A program made the translations under genes and the position numbers. A stretch of 64,000 nucleotides of DNA, from the NCBI GenBank assembly GCA_000165425.1, contig CT868585.1, forward strand, positions 62,001-126,000, in the 5' to 3' direction. Source of the DNA: Paramecium tetraurelia (lineage: Eukaryota). Of this stretch, positions 12,801-25,399 are shown piece after piece. Numbering within the stretch: position 1 is the first letter of the stretch; each line of letters begins with the position of its first letter. Under the pieces are notes generated by a model. It was not told the DNA's origin and ran no database searches. It worked only from the letters and a program-made list of their open reading frames with translations.

Positions 12801-15800
12801 GTGTTCAAAATAATTAAGAAATAAAAGAGTTATAAGAAGAAAATGAGAAGCTCAAATAAGAATTGAAAAAGTAATCGAATTAGAATAATAGATGGTTAGC
12901 CAAATTATTTAGAGCTTTACATGATATAAAGAGTAAAAATAGTTTGGTGGAATCACTTAATCAAAAGTTAGCAAAACAAAAAGCCATAAATGAGGAATTG
13001 AGAGAGCAAATCAAGATGAATGAAGAAGAAATAGAAAATGTTGAAGTAGTGAAAGAAAATTCTGAACAATAAGTAGAATCAGCACCAGCATCACAAGATG
13101 ATGGAGAAGGATTAAAAAAGCTCAGAAGTCAGAATAATAAATTGCTGGGCAAATTATTCAGAGTGATGAGTTAATTCAACAAAAAGAATAAGGAAATTGA
13201 GGAATTGAAGGAAAGATTACATAAATAGAAGGCAATTTTAGATGAATTAAGCAATTCAAACAACGCTTCCGTTTCAGAAGAAAAAGAAGATGACTTTGGA
13301 TAAGCAGAAGAAATCGAAATAAATTAGGAAAGCTAATAAATTCCAGAAATTGCACAACTGAAGAAGCAAAAAGACACATTATTTGGAAAATTGTTCAGAG
13401 CAATGAGCTTAATAAACAAGAAGAATAAGGAAATTGAATCTTTAAGTGATAGATTGAATAAATAAAAAGCTATCATTGAAGAATTAAAATCCTCAAACTC
13501 AGAAAATTTGGCAATTGAGATCGAACCATAATAAATTGAACTTCAGAGTGCTCCTAACAATTTAATTGAAGATAATGGTAACTTAGAACTGATCAATACT
13601 GAACAATTCAATAAATTGAAAACTGCAAATGATAAATCTTTGAGTAAATTATTCAGAGCTATGTTTTTGATTTCCAAAAAAAATAACCAAATAGATGAAT
13701 TGAATTCGAGATTACTAAAACAAAAAGCTATAATTGAAGAATTATCTCAAAACGATAATGCTTAATAATAAAGAGAGAAGATTCATAAGCTATGGGGCAA
13801 ACTCTTTAGAGCAGTCAGTGATTTGAATGTGAAGTAGAAACTGAATGAAGAGTTGTAAGAACGATTATAAAAAAGGTAAGGCAGTTGTAGATAGTTTACT
13901 CAATTAAGTTCCTCAAAAGGAAGAAGAGATAGTTTCTGAAAGTAAATAATCTGATCAAAATGAGATAACTGGGCAAACGGAAAAAATTTAACGCTTAGAG
14001 GCTGATTAATAGCAATTAAAAAATAGAAATATTAAATTGACTTCCAAAATGTTTAGGATTATGATCAAGTTAAGTCAAAAAGATAAAGTCATTCTATCCT
14101 TGTCAGACCGCCTTCAAAAGCAAAGAGCAATAAATGATGAATTATAGAATTAAATAGTTAATACTCTCTAAGCATAACCTGAAAGTGAAACGAAAAGAGA
14201 TCGTTGTAAAACAGTTAGAGATAAATCCAGAAGAGTTCAATAAGATTAAGCATTCAAACAACAAATCTTTAGCCAAAATATTCAGTTTGGTGTTCAAATT
14301 AAATTAAGAGGAGAAGATTATTGATGAATAAGATTAAAGAATTGCTAAATTGAGATCGATAATTTCTGAATTTGCACTCAATGATGACTCATTAAGAGAG
14401 TTAAGAGACAAAAATCATAAGTTGCTGGCTTAATAATTTAGAGTTGTGATTAAGTTAGCAAAATAATAATAAGAGATTGAAGAACTCAAGAACAGATTGA
14501 TTAAGTCTAAGTAATTGGTTGTTGAATAATAAGATATAGTTGAGAATTTTGTTGTAACAAACTTCAAAATAATGTGATCCTGAACCAAGAACAAGATACT
14601 CCAAAAGAGTAATCTTAGGAATAATGAGGAATTGATCTTTCGAGTAAAGATGAAGAAATTTAAAGATTAATTAGACAAAAGTACAAATGACTGGGAAAGC
14701 TTTTCAAAGTAATGATTTAGTTTGAGAGAAAGAATAAAGAAATCGAATAGTTATCATAGAAGTTGTTGAAATAGAAAGCAATAAATGATGAATTATTATT
14801 GCAAAATTCAAGTGACGAAACGGAAGTAAGCTCCTAATCTTAACAGAAAAATGAGCATGAACAAGAAGGTGTTCAAAATAATTAAGAAATAAAAGAGTTA
14901 TAAGAAGAAAATGAGAAGCTCAAATAAGAATTGAAAAAGTAATCGAATTAGAATAATAGATGGTTAGCCAAATTATTTAGAGCTTTACATGATATAAAGA
15001 GTAAAAATAGTTTGGTGGAATCACTTAATCAAAAGTTAGCAAAACAAAAAGCCATAAATGAGGAATTGAGAGAGCAAATCAAGATGAATGAAGAAGAAAT
15101 AGAAAATGTTGAAGTAGTGAAAGAAAATTCTGAACAATAAGTAGAATCAGCACCAGCATCACAAGATGATGGAGAAGGATTAAAAAAGCTCAGAAGTCAG
15201 AATAATAAATTGCTGGGCAAATTATTCAGAGTGATGAGTTAATTCAACAAAAAGAATAAGGAAATTGAGGAATTGAAGGAAAGATTACATAAATAGAAGG
15301 CAATTTTAGATGAATTAAGCAATTCAAACAACGCTTCCGTTTCAGAAGAAAAAGAAGATGACTTTGGATAAGCAGAAGAAATCGAAATAAATTAGGAAAG
15401 CTAATAAATTCCAGAAATTGCACAACTGAAGAAGCAAAAAGACACATTATTTGGAAAATTGTTCAGAGCAATGAGCTTAATAAACAAGAAGAATAAGGAA
15501 ATTGAATCTTTAAGTGATAGATTGAATAAATAAAAAGCTATCATTGAAGAATTAACATCCTCAAACTCAGAAAATTTGGCAATTAAGATCGAACCATAAT
15601 AAATTGAATAAGCACCTTATAATTTATCTCTCTAAAAAGATAATGAAATATTATCAATCGAAAATTCACAAATAAAATAATAATATGAAGCACTATTAAT
15701 AAAATATGATTTATTAGAACAAAAATTTAATGACAAAATCATTTAGTTTTAAACACTTATTGAATAATTATTGAAGTAGAACTAAGATGATATTGAGGAA

Positions 15801-16126
15801 AATCTGTAATTGACTTAACTGACAAAAGCATCAAATAAATTAATTAAACATATACAGTCAAAATAACAAGATTAAAGTTTTGAAAATTCAAGCTCTTCTT
15901 CCAGCATCATTAGTATTAAAGATGAAAGTTAAACATAATTAATTTATCTCTAACATTAAGTTGTTTATTTATAACACAGTGTATAGGAGTATGATGATGG
16001 AATAAGTTAGTTAAATCGAAGAATCTAAGAATTATATAATAAAAATACACAATTGGAAGCATTATTACAATAAAATAATTGCAAAAGTAATTGTTTTTTT
16101 TAATTTTAGATTGCATTAAATTGTGA
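828..16126 (+). CDS. Giant (~5,000 aa) coiled-coil protein containing 6.2 copies of a 688-aa repeat
   Basis: Continuous E/K/Q/N/L-rich code-6 frame once isolated single-base insertions are removed. Introns at 1462-1485, 1650-1674 and 16087-16109; ends ...NCIKL-TGA at 16124-16126. The start codon and first ~700 nt need frame corrections and are uncertain. Confidence 0.8.
2751..15608 (+). repeat. Coding tandem repeat, consensus unit 2,064 bp, six full copies plus a ~447-bp partial copy
   Basis: Unit start CAAGATGATGGAGAAGGATTAAAAAAGCTC recurs at 2751, 4823, 6889, 8957, 11026, 13094 and 15162. Spacings of 2072/2066/2068/2069/2068/2068 all reduce to 2064 after removing copy-private insertions (8, 2, 4, 5, 4, 4 nt). 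Confidence 0.97.
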
Positions 16127-16224
16127 AATGATAATTATCTTGTGAAGTTTTAACACATCTTCATTATAATTAAAATTAAATACTTCTTTTTTATTTATTA
16201 ATTATAAAAATTGTTTTTGTCCTT

Positions 16225-17560
16225 ATGACTTCTTTGTAGGAGAATAACGAAAATCTTGGATAGGAAATCTTTGAGTTAACCTTAAATTTAGAATTAAAAG
16301 AAAAAGAAATAGAATAAATGAAATCTCCTCCAAAAGTTTCAAATCAATTTGAAACTCAATCTTTAGAATTATATTTAATATAAATTTAAGCATTTGCAAT
16401 CTTAGTAGAAAATGAAAAAGAATAATTACAAAACATATTAGCTTAAATGATAAGCTCTTAACTTGAAGCATAAAAAGAAACTTTAAAGTAAAAATAGCAG
16501 ATGCAGAATGTAAAAAAAATTTAATGTTTCTTTCTTCATAAAAATAAGAAGAAGGAAGCCCGATTAAACTTGTTATTGATAAATTAAAAGATAAAGAAAA
16601 GGATTAATAAAATGCATTAAGCCTAGATATAGAAACCTTACTAAAATGAATGAATTAAAATGAATTAATAATTAACTCTCTAGCAGAATTCAAAAAACAA
16701 AGAGAAATCATAAAATATGATAATTTAAGATACTGTTACAATTTTAAAACGTAAAAACCAAAAATTAAGGGATGGTAGATTAATTAGAGTGATAAGGATA
16801 AGAATTAGAATAGGAAATCAAGGATTTAAACTTTTCCTGATATTTCTATTTCTTTCCCAGATCTGTATTTCGACATTCCATATATTGAATAATCAAAGAA
16901 AAATTTTAGATATTGATAAACAAATTTTACAATAGCTTTTACTGTCAAAAATGATTTGACTTCAGAGTCCAAAAATGGTTACATAAATATAATTTGCTTT
17001 CTTCTGTGAATTCTTATTTGAACGCTTCGGGGCTCCTCCTCTTGAGATTAGATTAAGTATAAATTAGTTTAATGATATTTGAAATTATAAATAAATAGAG
17101 GTACATAAAGAATTAGGGAGTTTACTTTAGAAAATTAGATTTTTGAATCCTTCATTTACGAAAAACCTTCAACTAACAATAAATCATCTTAAACCTAAAC
17201 ATTGAAAGTGATGTTAATGCTGAAAATATTTTGGATGAAGATAAAAATAAAGATATTGCTTTTTAAGTCAACGTCTATTTTCAGGTGAATTTAAATAAAT
17301 CGATGCCGAGTAGTATACATATAATATAGATTTAAATTAATTACTTCTTAGTTCTATGACACAATTGATGTCTCAACTATGCCCTAACTTCACATTGAAT
17401 GCCATTTACTAGAAGAATAGTAATAAAGCGAGTTCTGCCTTAGAAATGGACTTAAAACTAACTCGAGGTTTGATTAAGGATAATTAATAAATATAGTCGA
17501 ATAATTAATGCTTTAATTAGAATACACGAAGAAGTTACTTTATAGTTTGCAAAATTCAAT
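16225..17560 (+). CDS. Hypothetical coiled-coil protein, frameshifted; may be a further exon block of the giant gene or a decaying gene
   Basis: ATG 16225 opens MTSLQENNENLGQEIFELTLNLELKEKEIEQMKSPPK. Coding-like composition persists to ~17.5 kb, but frames switch and the 3' end is unresolved. Confidence 0.4.
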
Positions 17561-17640
17561 CTTTATTTATTGTTCTGATTGCATAAGAATTTTGATATAA
17601 AGAAATAATTTATTTTAATAATTTCCTTTTTTATAATATT

Positions 17641-20600
17641 TCAAGCAAATTTACTTTCATCTTCATTTTCTCCAGGATTTTTTGCTAAATGAATGGGTTC
17701 GTACTCATTTTCATATTCGTCATCCTCTTCTATTTATTTTCTAAATTTAATATAATCGATTAATAATGCCACCAATTATAAAATAAAATCGGTCACAATA
17801 AGTTCTGCAACTAAAGTACAAGCAAGCCCTATACCCCAATAGATTACAAGTCTATCATAAACTAAAAAGTAAGATAATGTTGAAATTAAAAATCCCACAA
17901 ACAATATAAGCGTTGTTATTAAGTAACTAAAGAATGTGTAAATACATTGCTTTTTTCTCTAACCTTTGGTATTTAAATATTCACATAAAACATTAAATAC
18001 TCTAAGTAACAAACTTACTCCACTTGTAAATAATATTATTTTATCTAACTATATGATCTACATATTCACTATAAATCCAAGAACTCCAGCAATCATACTG
18101 ACTCTACTTAGTAACATAAGCAATCTTTATTTACGACCAAAATTTTTCTTGAACAAAAATATTCCCCCTAATAAATTGTTTACCTAATAGCAATTTGAAA
18201 TTCGATTTTCAGAATCAAACTATCTAACTGGCTATTCTTATTGCAACTCCTATTACGGTTTTTCTGGGCTATCAGATGGACTATTAGGTTCTCCCTCACT
18301 TGGCATAATTTGAGCTCTCCTCACTCTATTTAAAACCGAAACTTTTTTTATGGTAGGAGGCTATTTGCTGAATCCTGGAAGAATTGGAATAGTAGTATCA
18401 ATGTCTTTTGAATCTTTGATATGCCCAATAATCAAAAAGATAAAAATAAGGAGGAAAAATCCACCAAAGGCAAATAGAATGTATAATCGATCTAATACAA
18501 AGTTAAGATCGAAATAGAATGGTTTAAAATAATACTGGTAGTCGTCAACTAAGGTTACATATCCTGCATCACAGGAACATGTGATAGGAGGAGTTTATGA
18601 TGACGTTTGGCAACCAGTATCATCAAAAGTTTTAGCATCTGTACTTAAAATACAAACTAAATTAGTATCAACAGAAATGAAATCAAACAATTTTTATTTT
18701 GGTCTTATTTTCTTTAGCTCTGTATATTGCCTTACCTAACTCTCAGATTTGTAATAAAGTTATTGAGTATGATTTGGATAAGGGAAATTATTTTAAAGTC
18801 TAAGAATATTTGTTTCGAAATAGCTATCAACTTAATTGTTTTCCGTCACTAAAAGCCTCTTTTTTTGAGTAGATTTTTTTTATATTGTTATTGACATAGA
18901 ACTAGAAGTATAGTTTTGTGTTTCTCCCTCTAATAATATATCTCCCGTATATAAAATTAATGTATTGTAACTATCAAATAATTTTTAGTTAATTGTCTGC
19001 ATTTAAGCTACATAAGAATCATTAGTAAATAACTATTTATTTAGAGAGGATAAAAAGTTTAAAATTTTAAAGGCTGCTTAATAATTAATAGATTATAGGG
19101 TTTATGAAATGATCCCTGTATCTGTATTTTGAGGTTGAAGGAATGTATCTATCTATGAAAACAATTACTCAGTTTTTGTTAATTCAAATACAGATTTGAA
19201 ATATGATAGTTAATATAGAAGTGATAGAGAATTCATCACAACTTAAGACTATTCTGCCTTAGATAAATCAGAATAGAGTTTGGTGGCAAGTTAATCCCAA
19301 ACATTTTAATCATTTAAAATACCAGAACAATCTGAAAAAGTAGAGTAATCCTAATCACAAACACATACTTAATTCACGCATTCTCCCCGATTCCAACAAT
19401 TATAATTACATTTGATATTTTCTAGTAAATACAGTTCCATAATAGCAATTTAATCCAATACTAGATTGGTTTGATTAAAATCTATATAATCATTAACAAA
19501 TTCAATATTATTTTTTACGCTAACAGCAGTTTTTGCTTTATGCACTGTAACCTCTACATAACTCATTCCAAATTAATCATCTTTGTTAACTTTAACTAGA
19601 AGATATTTACACGAAGGGAGAATACTTTATATTGTTTTTTCTTTTCCCCAATCTAATAATAGATATCCATTATTATTTGAAAAATTTCCAATATCCCATT
19701 CAAGATTTTGGAAATTGCTATATATGTAAACTTGGTATTATGTAGAATCTGTTTCATTTTTTACTCCGTCATCGATCACTAATGAAAACTCTGTTGAAAG
19801 AGAATAACCTGAAGTAGGGGAGACAGTTAATTTACTCAAGAAAAGAGCTGGTTTAACTCTCAAATTATATCGATTTAAAGTTCCTCCAACAATAACACTG
19901 ATGTCTTACTATGTCTAAAGATTTCCTAGATAGAGATATAAATTTAGGCGAAGAACTGATTTTTCAATGTATTCAATCTTTAATATTTTGAAATATCGAA
20001 TAATCACTAAATAATAAGATGAGACATCTAGATTATAGAGCAAGTTATCAGTGACAACTAAAATGTCTTTATTTCCTATATCAGTATTAAAAATTTACTC
20101 AGTCATATTCAGATTACTAACAATGATCTGCTAATTTAGAGTGACTGAACGAGTTTCTTTTTTTATTGTACATGAAAATTAATAGACAAAGCCAGAGGGT
20201 AAATTAGAAACATTCAAGGTTTCATTATTGCCCATAACTAAAGGTTTATTAAGTGTTGTTCTACAAGGAATATTGTAAAATAGATTAACACAAGTCCAAG
20301 TGTAACTGAGACCAATTTTGCTTAGATTTTTTGCCACATCATTATCGGAAGCATTGACTGTAAGGTTAAATTGGTCAATTCCAACAATTCTATCTTCTGT
20401 TAGGAATTGAGAGTAGAGTTAATTACTACCAATTTTCAACTTTTTGCTTAGTTTTATATCTCCAACAGAAATATCTAACAAATATTCTTAACTGGCTTTT
20501 AACTTACCTTCAGGTATTTTGAAGGCAGTGTCAACTCCACTATCTGCTGCAATAGAGGAATCAAACTGACTTGTACCAGATGTGCTTGACTTAATTGATA

Positions 20601-23600
20601 AGGAGACTGGATAGCTTTCTGTTAGTTCTTAAGCATTACCACCAGAGCATGAGTAGGAATAGATAGTAAAGGGTACTGCTATCTCAAGATTAGCATAATA
20701 TGTAGCAGTCTCATCAAAAGAAGTTAACAGCGAAGGGTTGGTTGATTTTGTCATTACTTTAAAGGTTGTAGTTTTATTATATCCTAAGAAATTCGAATAA
20801 TTAACAGTGATATAATATGCTGAGTCTGGCAGCATAGTTCCTCCTGGTATTTTAATATATGAAGATCCATCAAACTAGCTTAATACAGAATTGATTGCCT
20901 CCTCTGTGCTATTAGTGGTCCATTTATTGTAAATCATTGCTCTGCCTCCATTATAGACTTCTTTGATAACTTCGATGGAAAGATCCATACAATAGGATAT
21001 TGCATTTTCTGGATATGAGAGTATCACATTAGGAATAATTGCTGTGGACAAGACCAACTGTGTGTTATTAAACTATTCAATATAAATATCTTAACATAGT
21101 TGCAGACTATTATCGATAAATACTTTTTCCTTAAATTCAATTACATCGTTAGGCATGATTGTAGGGTTATTGCCTAATTATATAATGTATTTGTTTCCAT
21201 TCTATTAGCAAATAGGAGATTCTCCAAAATTTGTATTTTTGAACCATAATTGACAATTCTCTTTACTAAAGAAGTATGCATCCTCTGAGTTTGTAGTGAT
21301 TGAATAAGTGAAAATTACGATAATTTGAGTGAAATCACTACTAAATCTAACTGATTCAGCAAAGGACAATTTGCACGAGATACAATAATCAGATACAATA
21401 GGAGGTGGACGTTTACATAGACAATCAGGAGGTTCAAGATTGAATGAACATGTTAAGCAATACGATTATGATTAGCAAGTCACACATGGAGCTTAGCACT
21501 TTTAGCAATTCAAACTCTTTCTATCATCATAGTATCCAGATTAGCAATAACATTAAGGAGCATTTTGACGATCTCCTCTACATTAGATACAATTATATTT
21601 AGATTCTAGACATGAGACACATCTAAACGCACATGAATCACAAGATACTTAATTTAAGAATGTTCCGACTGGACATATACCAATACAAAAATCCTCCTTT
21701 CTTTCAAAACCATTTTGACATTCTATGCAATCTTCATTTGTTCCCCCATTACATGTTTTGCATTCTAACGAGCATTTAGAACATACTTTATCTGTAACAT
21801 TCTTATAATATCCATCAGGACAATCATAAATGCATTGTCCTTAATGTTTAACTTTAGTATTTGGACATTCATCCAAACATTATAAATTGCCTAAACCATC
21901 ATTGTTCACTAATTTACTACAAGTGGCCTCACACTAATAATTGACGAGATTTTGATAAAAGTTATTTTTACAAGTTCTTAAGCATTCTGTTCCTTATTAA
22001 AAATATTTAGCTGCACATTTTGAGCAGGATGTATCTGAAGAACATTCAATGCATTCTTATGGGCAAATCTAACATTTCAAGTTGCCATCAGCATAGTACC
22101 CTTTCGGACATTGTAATAAACAATGATCTTAATATTTTAGATGAGTATTTGGACAAACAGCTACACATTTCTTAAGTGAATCAACCATGAGCAGAGTTCC
22201 AGGACACTTTTCAACGCAAACATAACCATAATCACTTCTGTAATAAGTTGGATTTTCATCACAAGTTAATGAGCAAGTTCTTCCATCTAAATAGTAATTG
22301 GCTGAACATTTAGAGCAATTATAATTAGTTCCATCATCACATCGAGAACATTTAGCATCACAGACTTTGCATGTGTCCACATCTAAATATTTTCCTAATG
22401 AACAATAATATGTGCATCTTTATCCATCTACATTAAAATTGGCTGGACATTAATCGTAGCATTCAAAAGTAGTACCATCATCTAAATAGTAATTTGGACA
22501 TGTAGATTCGCATATGAACGTTACAGTGTTGTGATATTTCCTATTGGTTGGACAAATTTGAACACAAATAGTATCATATAAATAATAACCACCTTTACAA
22601 TCTATGCAATTAGATGGTCCACCCTCACTACATTTATTGCATTCATTAGCACATAACAAACAACCATTATTAGTTACTTCTGGATAAGTTCCATCAGGAC
22701 ATGTGCCTTAACATTTTTGTTCGTAGGCATAGGATCCATTTGGACATTTCAACACACATGTACTGTTGTATTGATAAAATTAAGGAGGACAAGCAGTCAG
22801 ACATCTTTAATTTAATAAATCTTCTAAAGGATAATCAACTGGGCAAGAAACATCACAATTTCGACCAACTAAAAATTAACCTGCAACACATTTTATGCAA
22901 TTTTCACTTATTCCTGGTTAGTCAACATTATCACATGTGAGGCATCCAGTGGCACATTATTGACAAGTAAAACCATTAAAAGATTTAGATTATGAAGTGT
23001 ATTTCAAAGTTACTGTAATTACATTCTCTACAGCAACATAACCATCAGGACATTACATAACACATTTTTTGAGAGAATCTTCAAATTAACTTGCTGGACA
23101 TGTATATAAACACTACATTCCGTATTGAACTCCAGGAGCTACACAGGTGTCAGTGCATTCATTTTCTAATTAATTAGCATACTTTTTAGCATCAGCACAA
23201 AAGTCTTCGCAAATATTCTATAAAAAGTAATAACCAAAATTGCATTTCGTGCATTCTTTATTTGAGCTTCCAGTGCATTCATAACATTTGCTATGACAAC
23301 TCTTACAAATACCATTTTCATTAAATGTATTCTATGGGCATTCTGATAAGCACGTTTACAAATATTATTTATATCCATTCGGGCATTTCATACTGCAATA
23401 TTTAAGATCATCAGTCACTACTTGATATACTTCGCAGCTGTCAATGCAACTCATCTTATCAGTGTCTTTATAAACTGTATCACAAGTAGAACCGCATAAT
23501 TAAGTGGCTTTTACTAAATATTAATTAGCAGGACAATCTACACACGAAGTACCATTAATACAAGAATTACAACTAGTATCACAGGCTTTACATTGCGAAT

Positions 23601-25329
23601 TATCCAAATAATATTTGCTATTGCATTTTAAACTAATAGAAGAAGAAGTATTTATTGTACTGAAATCTCCATTATATTTAGTAATGCATTCATATGTCCC
23701 TGTCAAACAATGAGTTGCAATTGTTGGGGCAGAACATTTGTTACTACTTAATGTTGAGCCCACAATACATTATGTACAAGTGTTAACATTAGAACCTCTT
23801 AAACAATTATCAACATTTATGACTAAACATGATGGTGAGGAGAAATATTGACCTTAAGGACATTAGAGTAAATCAGAAGAAACTAAAGTAGAAGGATTTC
23901 CGGATGTTCCTGCCTCTTTGCACATGTTATAAGTATCTGGATTTCCGTTGCAGGCTATGCATATAGGGTATAACTCCCCAACTTCTATGATGCAAGATTT
24001 AATGCCTGGGGAAGGGTAAAATTGATAGTTATACCCTTTGAATATCCTAATATTAGCATATTTAAAATAATTAGAAGGAGCAGTTTGCCAAACAGTCGTT
24101 GTTGGATAATCTCCAATAAAATATTGATCTGATAAAGAATCACCATAAACTTTAAATGATTTTTTTCCATATTCCTAAAATGTAGGCGTTGTAATGTCAA
24201 ATAATGCCATACCTGGATTAGTGTTATCTGGATAAAAATTTAAATTGTTATAAACCGAAATTAAAATTGGAGTCCATTGGCTTAGAGGAGCAGATATCTA
24301 GCCATGTGATTCTCCAACAACCCCCCCAATCTATACTTAAACATTGAAGGTTGACGAAGAAGAAATAAATCTTATCTGAATTAATGGATTCGAATTCTGG
24401 TCAACTCTGTATAAAAAGTTCATTTCACTATTTGGATTACCGATGTATACATTCGCTGATATCATAAACTTGTCCCCAAAACTACTTCTCAAATTATTGA
24501 ATTGAGCATATTAACCCTTTTAGAATTACCAACCCCATTTAGAATCAAAAGTTACACCATTTTTTAAATCTCCAAGATCTTAAGTCGATGATAATGAGTT
24601 TAATGCCAAAGTAGTTGATGGTAGTAATGTCATCCAATAAGTGATGTATTCTACATCAAAATTATATGCTTATCTCGTTGTTTCTGTATAAAGATTACCG
24701 TAATATGTAAATTCTTTATATTTACCACAAAATCCATTGAAGTTGAAGAGACTTACTACTTTATTTTTAATGACTATTCCTGTTGAATCAGTAAAAGTTG
24801 AAATTGTTTTAAGTTCCAAGACTGAAGAATATATGTAAATTCTGGGTAGTGTATCTGAGTGTGTTACTAATTTGTAATATAATAGTTTTTTAGTTAAATT
24901 TATTGAAACCAAAACATAGATCCATCTGTTATCAACATCAGTTATCATTAGCTCTGAAGTTTCAAATGTCATGCAATCCTTCGTCGAAAAACAACTCTGA
25001 ACTTTAAACTATTCATTTAGAGTGGCTGCCAGATGAAAATTCCTATTTTTATAAGTCACTCAATATACGCATAATTATTGGTATCTGGCCCAATTAAGAA
25101 AAGGAGGTTTTTAGAGGTGCTCGTTGATGAATCTTTTTTGAACCAACCTGCAACTGTAAACGATGAATAGGCTGGACCCAGAAGGCTGTTTGGTATTTAT
25201 AAAATATTATCTGACGTATCGCAAGGCCCAGACTAATAATTAAAACCCATTAATTACCTATACGGTCGTGAATGGTTTGTAGATAAAGTATCCAAATGAA
25301 AGGGAAAATAGTGAAAAAAATATCAGCAT
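17641..25329 (-). CDS. Large membrane receptor: signal peptide, two LamG-like domains, furin-like CxxC repeats, REJ domain, EGF, GPS-like motif and C-terminal TM helices (polycystin-1/PKDREJ-like)
   Basis: Begins MLIFFSLFSLSFG; LamG-like FTVAGWFKK and DNRWIYVLVSINL. About 2.6 kb of CxxCxxxCxxC repeats (~21370-23960). REJ-like NLTVNASDND...LSYTWTCVNL and LTVSPTSGYSLSTEFSL; EGF CWNRGECVNQVCVC; then CSCDAGYVTLV followed by hydrophobic helices; stop after ENEDESKFA. The 5' ~350 nt need frameshift correction. Confidence 0.8.
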
Positions 25330-25399
25330 ATTTTCAAAATAATTAATTTATATAATTTTCATTAAGTCATCTAGGACTTTAATAACGATTATTCTAATT

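Noticed and set aside
2811..15447. Repeated minus-strand ORFs MCLFASSVVQFLEF... in the ORF track, resembling a small-protein gene array
   Set aside because: They are antisense shadows of the plus-strand code-6 repeat, which is open across the whole unit.
2751..15608. Array as CRISPR, satellite or tandem transposon
   Set aside because: No spacers, terminal repeats or transposase/RT motifs; the unit length is a multiple of three and the frame continues into both unique flanks.
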